From: Lama glama
Taxonomy: Eukaryota
DNA: 64,000 nt
NCBI GenBank assembly: GCA_028534125.1
Contig: CM052817.1
Span: 52,950,001 to 53,014,000, forward strand
Reading direction: 5' to 3'
Made by a program: the position numbers and the translations under genes. The notes under the pieces were generated by a model, which did not search any database, was not told the origin of the DNA, and saw nothing but the letters and a program-made list of their open reading frames with translations. Of this stretch, positions 54,680-64,000 are shown in pieces (positions within the stretch are counted from its first letter, which is position 1; every line of letters starts with the position of its first letter).

Positions 54680-54905
54680 AGAAGCAGTATTGTGCTGTGA
54701 GTCAAAATCTGTCATGGGACAAAATCTCACTACCACCATGTAATGTTGGTGTGATCTTGGCAACATTACATGAATATGTTAGCCTGTAGTTTCCTTATAT
54801 TTAAAATGTGGATAACAGAATTTATGCCAAATACACTAAATTAATAACCCAGTGCTTAGGAGACAGCCATAAGCCCTGGTGCATTCTAAATATGTCAATA
54901 AATAT
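54680..54905 (+). mobile_element. MIR remnant
   Basis: 'gtgtgatcttggcaa...agtttccttatatttaaaatgtggataa'. Confidence 0.55.
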
Positions 54906-55049
54906 GAGTTATAAATATTAAAAAAGAGGGAAAAAGTCAACAGTTCATCACAGATTGACCAAATTCAGTTATTTTTGAGCTCACAATATACTAATAACAC
55001 TTCATCAGATACGTGAAAGTGAAACATGAGTGAAAAGTAGGTATCATCA

Positions 55050-55560
55050 ATGAATAGAAAGATAATACATGATAATTAAGTAGGGTTTATCTACAGAATG
55101 TGCACAATCTATTATTGTACAGTATTGACTTAGCACATTGTGGATTTAAGAGAAATATTTATTTTAATTTTTATTTAGGTAGAAAATAAACTCAATATAT
55201 TCAACAATCTTTGAAGAATAAATATAAACTAGAAATAAAAAGCAAACTTTTTAAACTCAAAAACAATATTTATCAAAAATTTATCAAACATTATACAACT
55301 TAGTCTAACATTTGATTCTCTTCTTTAAAATTAGAAGCAGTACAATTCTGCTTGCTATCATCAAATCAGTTCCATCAGCGACCTATAGTACTATCTAGGT
55401 GAGTTTAAAAAAAATGAAATGGAAGAAAATATTAAAATTGGAGATGAAGGAAAAAGAAAATGTTGGTAATCCAAAATATATATTTTTGACATAGAATATA
55501 CAAAAAAAATTCACCAGATAAATTACTAGAATCTATGAAAGCTGCAAAGTACATGGATCA
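55050..55560 (+). mobile_element. Ancient L1ME-like ORF2 fragment
   Basis: 'tagggtttatctacagaatg', 'tttaaaattagaagcagtaca...cttgctatcatca', 'ataaattactagaa'. Confidence 0.45.
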
Positions 55561-55564
55561 CTAT

Positions 55565-57715
55565 TTTTTTAAAATACACTTTTTCATGGCTGAGTAGTTT
55601 TCCATTGTGTATACATACCACATCTTTATTTTTCCATTCATGGATAGACACTTAGATTGCTTCCATATTTTTGCTATTGTAAATAATGCAGTAAACATTT
55701 GAGTGCATATAACTTTTTGAATTAGTGTTGTTTTCTTCAGGTGAATATCCAGAAGTGAAATTGCTATATAAATGGCAGGTCTATTTTTAATTTTTTTGAG
55801 GAGCCTCGATACTGTTGTCCATCCTGCTGTGCCAATTAACAATCCCTGCAACAGTGCACAGGGCTTCCCTCTTCCCCACATCCTTACCAATACTTGTTAT
55901 TTGTTGTCTTTTTGATGGTACCCATTCTGACAGGTATGAGTCTTTGCCTTTAAATTTGACAGCTTTATTATAATGTATTTTGGAGAAGGTCTTTTTAAGT
56001 TGAATTTGTTTGGAGACCTATGAGCTTCATGAACTCAGATGGCCAAATCTCTACCAATATTTTAGAAGTTCTCAGTCATTATTTCTTTAAAAAAGCCTTC
56101 TTTCCCCACCCCACCTTCTCCTGTTCTTCTGGGACTCTAATAATTTGAAGATTTCTTCTTCTGATGGTATTTCATAGTTTTCATAGGCTTTCTTTACGAT
56201 TTTCCATTCTTGATTCTTCTTTATCCCCTGACTGGGTAATTTCAAAAGTGTCTTTACTCCACAGTTTCTTCTTTATGCTTGATCTGATGTTGATGTTCTT
56301 TATTGCATTGTTTCATTTCATTCATTGTATTCTTCAGCTTCAGAATTTTGTTTTGGTTCTGTTTGTGATTTCTATCTCTTTGTTAAACCTCTCATTTTGT
56401 TCATGTCTTTTTTTCCTGATTTCGTTGAGCTTCCTGAAAACAGCTATTTTCAATTTTTTGTCAGATAAATCTCAGATCTGCATGTCTTTGGGATTAGTTA
56501 CTAGAAGATTATTGTGATCATTTGCTGACATCATATTTCCTTGATTTTTCATATTCCTTGAAGTCTTGTGGTGCTGTCTTTGCATTTGAAGTAGCAGTCA
56601 CCCCTTCAGTCTTTACTGACTGACTTTGATAGAGAATTACCTTCCATCAGCCCTGCTAGGAATTCTGAGGCTTGCTCAGACCCTCTATGCCTAGCATGCT
56701 CCACTTTTCCTGCTCCCTCTTGTGGCAGACTTAAGATTTTATGCTTTCTCCTGATCCTGCAACACATCAGTCTGCATGCTGACAGTCTCCTTTTTACATT
56801 CCCAAAGGTAGCACTCAGTGCTAATGCTTGATCTCTGTCCTTGGTCTTGCAGATTCGGGCAAACTTTCCATGTGTGCTCATTAGCCATTTGCCACAGTTC
56901 CCTCTCACTGCCATCGGGAGTGCACACAAGAAGCCAGTCACAAGGTGGTTGAAGAATGGGTAGATGAGGCAAACAAAGCCCTGTGGGTGTCCATGGTCCT
57001 GAAAACAAGAATCCACTGTCATAGGCCAGCCTCCTGCTGGAGTCTGTGATGTGGTTAGTAGGATCTGCATCCCTTTGATGCCTTCCTAGCCCTGAATGCT
57101 GTTCTCCCAGCCGGTAAAAGTACCCTCTTCCCTCACCCCCCTCCACAGTTTATAACTCACAACTAAGTCCTCTGGATAGGGTGAGAGAGATGGGCCACTT
57201 TTGTCTGCACAGCTGGGGAAAGAGGACACTCACTCACATGCTCTCACTTTTTCCCACAGAAGTCAAGGGCCAAGAAGGACTTTCCTGGTACTGATTTATG
57301 TCAGTTTGGTGGAGGGGAGTCACAGAATGTCACAGATTTCCTCATGGTCTCCAATGTGTCTAATCGTAGATTTTCTTTTCCCCTTCAACAATGTGCTGAA
57401 ACTTCTCTGCTGGAATCGTGGACTTCCACAAAGGCTCTGTCATCCATGAGTGATGTTCTAAGTCAGTATTTTCCAGGGGTTCCCAGACCATGCTCAAAAT
57501 GGGGTTGAGCCAGTTCACAGGCCACTTCATAGTCCACAGCTGGGGCTATGGTCTGTCTATTACCTGACACAGAGGTGTGTGAGACTCCTGCCGAGGTCCT
57601 TGGAGTATGGTGCTGGATCCCACAGCTCCCACCAAGGCTCTTTTGTCCATGACTGAATGCCAAATATTTGTTGAGGGAGATATGAGCTAGGTATGTCATT
57701 CAGTCATCTTACTAC
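55565..57715 (-). mobile_element. LINE-1 with 5'UTR and ORF1 N-terminal half fused directly to the ORF2 C-terminus
   Basis: ORF 55561-55890 is the L1 ORF2 C-terminus (MFTALFTIAKIWKQSKC..KMWYVYTMENYSAMKK); abrupt switch at 55940/55941 to ORF1-like sequence; GC-richer 5'UTR at ~56600-57715. Confidence 0.85.
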
Positions 57716-60700
57716 TGTTATTCCTAATTCCAACTTTTTAAAAAGGATTTATGTTATTTCTCGTATGTATATTTTACGTTAAAAAGCTTAGTAAGTATAC
57801 AAAAACAAATATGAATATATCAAATACCAAGTCTCTTCCCAGAAAAATAAGCATACTGATCTGTTTTTACTTAGTATGTTTATATAAAGGAAATAAGGAA
57901 TTTCAGATAAATCTTACAGTGTTATTGACATTTTCTGTCCCATTGATGCCCAGTATTGGACTTAGAATGTCTTAACTGCTTTATTCCCTCTTTCTTATTC
58001 AGGAGAAGCTATTAATTGATAAAATTCTGTTTTGAAATGATTTTCTAAAGTCTATATAACAGAATAATTTTATAAGAGAAGGATACAAAATGACAGTTTC
58101 TGCTTTTCCATTTTTAATCAAGTGCTTAGGAAGACAATAAGCAATATTTTAAGTAAATTAAAATGGAATTTGCTTTTTACCATGTCTCATAAATGCCAAA
58201 CAATGAAATGATTTAGTTTTCAAAGTTATTATGTCCCAATTGATCTTCCAGGCAACGGACTTATTATCTAATTATGAAGATATGCACATTTATCAAAAGT
58301 TAGAGCCATCTGTCTCAATTCTGTTTAATTTCATTATATATTCATCATTTAGACAGTCAGCTTATGACATAAGCCTCTACCGACAAGCAATTCTATACTG
58401 ATTATCACTTAAGAATGTGCACAGGCAGACATCAGTCAACTCTTATTAGTCTACTTTGAAATTAAAATTGTACTAGTAACAGGCTGCTGACTAGCCAGTC
58501 ATCACTGATAAATGCAAGAAGAATCTCTGATGTTCCTCTACAGAAACCTAAAACTATTACTTTTGAAGGAAATCATATAAACTAGGCATTCATAAATTCT
58601 TCTTGAATTAAGAAATAAATACATTTAGACTCATTTTTAGATAGAGGGAGACCAGGAGAGAATAATCATAATTTAAAACAATTTTGATTAAAATATTTGT
58701 AATATTCATAATATTTTATAATTATGAGAAATACATCAATAATCCTGGTTAATGACTTTGTGCCAGAATACCAGATTAGATAAAGATTACAATTTTTTTC
58801 TTATACGTGTGATTATTATTGACAGAGATGAGTGACAATATGGGAAATTATTTACTGAAAACACTGCTTCTTTGTGTATCTAGAACGAAGATTAAAAATA
58901 TCTGGCATTCTATTACGAGAATACTTAAATGCATTAAAAAAGAGTCATCTCATAAATAAGGATACAGCAAGTTACAAAAAAAAAAAAAAAAGAAAGGCAT
59001 GTAGCTTATATATAGCACATCTCTGTACCTGGCATTATGATCATTAAATTATCTAAAGGGAAAACTGATTCTTTTCTATCAAATGATATATAATGATTTT
59101 ATATATAGTATTTATATGTGCTTTTGTATATATATGAAGAGCAAAACAGTGGATAAAATGACTTTTAAATGTAAACTATTTTAATTTAATAGCAATTTAT
59201 GTGAAATTTTTAAGAGAAACTATGTGTTTTTAAAGATAAGTGTAGTATATTATAAATAAGGGAATCCAGTTTTCTCAATTTATATCTCACTGAGAGATTG
59301 ACTGTCAAAATGATTGTAGTCTCAACCCAAGAGTATTACTGGGAAGACAGACACCAGAGCCAGCAAGAATGGGGAGAAATTTGGACCAGGCAGCCAGGTG
59401 ATTGAAATTGCTGTAAAGCTAACCTGTGGGGGTGCTAGCAAGCAGTGTGTTATTTAGCATCTAGAAGGGATGATAGAGTATTAGCCGATTTTAGTATTTA
59501 AGAAGGAACAGTATGTTGGATAGGACAGCATTATAAGTGAAAATGGAAATGTGAAGGAAATCAAAAATACCAGTAGTTTCTTCTAATTCCTTCTTTTTAG
59601 AAAATGTTTCTGTCCAGCAGCTGAATTTATTTCTAACCAGGTCAAATTTATCCAATGGAAAATTATAGATGAAAATACTGTGTTAGAATTCTAACAACAA
59701 AGACTGTAGTTTCAAACCCAAAGTGATATTATAATGCTTACCACAATTAAGAAAATAGAACGTGAAGGATGCATTAAAGATTGTTAATCATTTCATGTGC
59801 CATAAATGCATGTGGGGCTAACTTTAAACACCATAGACATGAACACTAATGTAATAAGAGCAATTCAATATTCTACCTTCTTGTGACACAGAAGCTCATG
59901 ACTCATGTTGATTATCAAGACTGACAAAGATCTGGGCTGTTGTTTTAAGTTAAAAAGTCTTTCGGATAGAATGAATTACATTCCCAAGAGTCACTGAAAT
60001 GTGCTACCAAAGGCCTTAAAATTTTAGTGTGTATAAGAATTATTTGGAGAGTTGTAATGAATACATGTTCTGCATCTTCCCCCTCCCACATTTAAATATT
60101 CTGAAATAGGTGGTAAGTGGTTCATGCTTTGAGATATACTGTTCCAGGCAAAGTAAATGATTATCATGACTGTTTAAAGTTACTGTCTCCTCAGAGAATT
60201 CTGGCTCCTTAGTCAGATTACATGCAAAACTGCAAAGGTGGCATCATGATTTAGGAAACAGGTTCTGAAGGCATCAGTGAGTATGCTTGGTCTCAAGATT
60301 TTATCTCTAGTTAAACAAACATTAGAGGGAAAGTTTTCTACTTCATCTATATTTGTATGAACCATTCTGAGTCATCAAATCAAAGGGACTAATTACCCTA
60401 ATTCTTAGATATACTAGGTTATTTAAGGAATCAAAACAACTTCAGGAAGGGAAGGAAAATACAATTAAGTCAAATCTCAGAGGCAGATACACAGACACTC
60501 AAGTCCTTCAATAAGTAATCTTTTGTTGGAAACATTTAATTATTTGAATAGCAGGCATTCTTTATTTGTCCTTATGTGTAAAAGGCAAGAGTGTGTGTAT
60601 ATATAATGTGTATATATATTTCAGGATAGTGTTACCCATAGTATAGCCCTAGTATGGGTAATTATGAAGTTGAAACTTTAGAGATTGCTTGAGTAAACTA

Positions 60701-61469
60701 CCTTACCCTTAGTTCACAGATCTGGGTTTTCCTCTGTAACTTATTGCATCTCTAATAGAGAGAATATAACACTACCAACTGTAGAAAATATGAATTACCA
60801 TTTCAAAATAAAGAACCTTCCTAATCTTGGGGAAAAGTTATAGTAATGTGAGAGGTTATGTATTGTCTTTAAAGGTCTATGAATGAAAATAAACTGTAAA
60901 ATCACAAACACGAGGTACTTTCTCCTACCTGATCAGCCTATTCAGAGCCTCCTTCAGTGCTTCATGTCATTTAGCAACTCAGTAAAAGGCTGTTCCTAAC
61001 TTAATATCTCTGCATAAAACAGTGAGTTTTTGTGTTAGTATTTCATAGTTTATCTTGAAATATGTATGTAGATTTAGTGTATATTTTTACCCAATTTTAA
61101 GGACAGATTATACCTTTTTAACGTTGATCCAAAGAATTTGTTGTTACTTTAAATATCATATTGCCACATCAGATGAAAGTTAAAGTGGTTGGTCATGAAC
61201 TTTGTAAGGATACCTTTGTACTTGAATTATAAAATAAAAATTAAAAATACTTTCCATTTATTTATCATCTTTTTATTTAACCTCATAATAAAGATTTTAA
61301 TGTTTTGTTTTGGTGAACTAGAAAATGTATTTCTAGAATTGCAAAGAAGAAAAATATAACATGAAAAACATTATCAATTGTTATATTACAAGTAAAATTT
61401 TCAGAAATTAAATACCATTGTCTTTGAGCCTATATTGTTTTGCAGAAAGTCACAGCCAATTCTTCTGTT

Positions 61470-61749
61470 GCTCTTTTGAAACATAATCTTACTTTCTTTC
61501 CTCAGACTACTTTAAGACATTTGATTAATTTGTCTTTGGTTTTCAGTAGTTTTTCTATTATGAGCATATGGTATATACTGCTTTGGGATTTGCAAGTCTT
61601 CTTGAATATGTAGATTAATTTATTTTTCAATATGGAAAAATTCTCAGCCATTATTTAAATAATGCTTCTGTGTTATTAATTCTTATCTTCTTCTGGGACT
61701 TAAAATGCACATATAAGCCTTTTTACCGTAGATACACTTCACTGCCATG

Positions 61750-61800
<51 letters not shown>

Positions 61801-62190
61801 TTTTATCATTTCTTCTCTCCAAGTGTCATTCTGCATTTTCTTTCTGATTGTCCTCAGTTCATACTTTTCAAGAGTTTAAAACTAATGCTAAACATAGTCA
61901 TTGAGTAATTTACCTTCATTTATTACATTCTTCACTTCTATAATTTGTATTTGTTCTTTATAATTATTTCTTGATTTCTATTAAAACTCTGATCAGCTTT
62001 TGTAATAAAATTATCAACCTCTTATTTTAATTGTTTCATCATAGTAAGGATAGTTATTTGAAAGCACATTCTTGGTGAATCTAGTTTTGGGGGTCTACTA
62101 TAGATTTTTGGTTTTATTTTTTCTATTTAATCTACTTGTTTTTGGTTATGATGTCTCTTATGTCTAGCTAATTTTGATGTATTATTATGA
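61470..62190 (-). mobile_element. Ancient L1/HAL1 ORF1-like region
   Basis: 'ggaaaaattctcagccattattt' and 'tcttctgggact', the same ORF1 landmarks seen at ~9085 and ~56060. Confidence 0.55.
61750..61803. repeat. (TTTC)n tetranucleotide microsatellite
   Basis: Read directly, about 12 units. Confidence 0.95.
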
Positions 62191-62215
62191 ATTAAAAATT
62201 GAGAACTACACAATT

Positions 62216-63595
62216 GGACTTCCAGTTTCAGCTCCAATATGTAAAGAACTTAGAACTTGCCAGTCCCATCATTGCAAAGATAAATGTGAACAAAATAAAA
62301 AATTACAATTTTTCTTATACTTTTTAGAGAACTGGAATTGCAGAGTAAATCACCATCATAAAATCTGGACAGACAGGCAAATGAAGAGAGTCATAGACGA
62401 GGCCTTACCTAAAGCAGAAACTCCCTCATTTGGAGCCATAAATGAGTAAGAATACTTAAATGGTAATCCTGACAAACTGCTGGAGGCTGATTTTGGATTA
62501 GATAGAGAGTGAGATACTGTTGGGAGCTTCAGTCTTAGAGGCACCTACACTTTCATAGGTTTAACCTTTAGGAATTCCATAAAGTTCTCAACTGTTAATA
62601 GCTAGGAATGATTCCCCAGGGGCTCTGGTAAAATATGGGAAAAACTATCCATACTGAAATAAGCCCAGAGAACTCTTCATAAAAAATTATCTAAGGTGAA
62701 ATACTTTAACAGAGCCTTATTACATGTAAACTAAGGGCAGTTACCTGAGTCTAGTGTCCTCTATCTTTCCTTCATCACTGAAATGAAAAAAAATACAGAG
62801 AGAGAGATAAAACACTTGTGAAAATAATAGCCCAGAAGCCGAGAGACAAGCCTAACTAAAACACTGAAATTTACTCATAAGATTATAGAACACTTTCATT
62901 CCCACACACCTTACCACCACACCAACAGGGTACCACTGTAACAACAGTGGATTATGGCTGAAAGAGCAGATAGACACAGACACTGTTTGATAAGGAATTC
63001 TTATGAAAGCCCAAAGACAACAGAGGAGATAAAACCAAGTTTTGAAATCTATGGCACATTTAGCTGTAATTATCAGTTAATATTGTCAAATTCCAGGAAG
63101 ATTTACATAAAATAACACACTGAGACCTATTTACCTCAGTTTTTATTACCTGATACATTGTGTTTGTCTTCAACAAAAAATTAGACGATGTAAAAGGCAG
63201 AAAAAAACAATCTGAACAGACAAAGCAGGCATCAGAACTACACTCCAACATGACATGGATTTTGGAACTGTCAAAATGGGAGTATATAGTAATTATGAAT
63301 AATGTATTAAGGGTTCTAAAGAAAAGTCAGATAGTGTATAAGAACAGATGGATATTGTAAGGAGAGAAATGGAATCTCTGAAACAGAATCAGAAGGAAAT
63401 ACTTTATTCCAAAATATCTTTGATGGACTAACCAGAAGATTATGCACAACTAAGGAAAACATAAGCGAGTTTGAAGATAGGTCAACAAAAGTTGTAAAGT
63501 ACAAATATGTGGAATAACCAAAGGAGGGGAAAAAAAAAGAAAATGAAGCAAAAGAAATATTTGAAGTAAGAATTGCTGAAAATTTTCCAAAATTA
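62216..63595 (+). mobile_element. Old L1 (L1MC/MD-like) 5'UTR and ORF1 start
   Basis: Start 'ggacttccagtttcagctcc'; ORF1 coiled-coil-like 'tttgatggactaaccagaagatta...gagtttgaagataggtcaa' and 'gctgaaaattttccaaaatt'. Confidence 0.65.
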
Positions 63596-64000
63596 AGTGA
63601 GTAATGTATATTAGTGTTTCTGTCAAGAATCCTACACTTAGAAACTGACTTAGAAATGTCTTAACAGTAGTGCAATTCACATGGACTGTTCAAGGAAGAA
63701 TTAAAATGAACTATTTTATGTTTTCTACTCTTTTTGAAGTAGTGGTAATATTTTTCAATTATAACAGTTGATTAAACAAAAAATATTTTAATTCAAGCTA
63801 CAGAAACATTGATATTGATATTTATGTAAATGCTAAGTGAAATATGGTGAATGGTGTGCAAGATGAAAGACACGATTTTCAAGAAAAAAATTTCTCACTA
63901 AATAGAGCTACAGATACATATAGCTGTTTTCAGGAATACAAAACTACAAGGAAACTATTATTGAATGTGTGTAACTTCTTGTGTATATTTGGGCATAAGA

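Noticed and set aside
56606..57146. 154-aa and 135-aa overlapping ORFs
   Set aside because: They lie in the GC-richer L1 5'UTR, where stops are rarer, and show no protein similarity I recognise.
1..64000. Prokaryotic-type systems (CRISPR, operons, defence islands) or a novel multi-gene system
   Set aside because: The sequence is mammalian and repeat-rich, with no long intact ORFs and no repeat-spacer arrays.

Overview
AT-rich, CpG-depleted mammalian genomic DNA, probably intergenic or deep intronic, with two 500-N assembly gaps (26570-27069, 52987-53486). I found no host protein-coding exon, rRNA, functional tRNA or CpG island. The ORF track is mostly chance ORFs plus decayed LINE-1 ORF2 pieces. 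One tRNA-Ala-derived SINE at ~41872 matches my recollection of the camelid vic-1 SINE, and I saw no Alu, B1, Bov-A/BovB, PRE-1 or CAN SINEs, so the source is probably a camel, llama or alpaca. The window is largely transposon fossils: a near-full-length but internally deleted L1 (minus, ~5075-10410), a second L1 missing most of its middle (minus, ~55565-57715), a decayed class III (ERV-L-like) provirus not visible in the ORF track (~23187-26569), many solo LTRs (ERV1-like, ERVL, MaLR/MLT1), old DNA transposons, L2/MIR remnants and microsatellites. I cannot support a new biological system here. The best oddities are the ERV-L provirus, an orphan 54-bp L1 ORF2 patch, the fused L1, and a ~170-bp AT-cored inverted repeat at 46029-46198. 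Family names come from memory of consensus sequences, not a search, and most boundaries are approximate.
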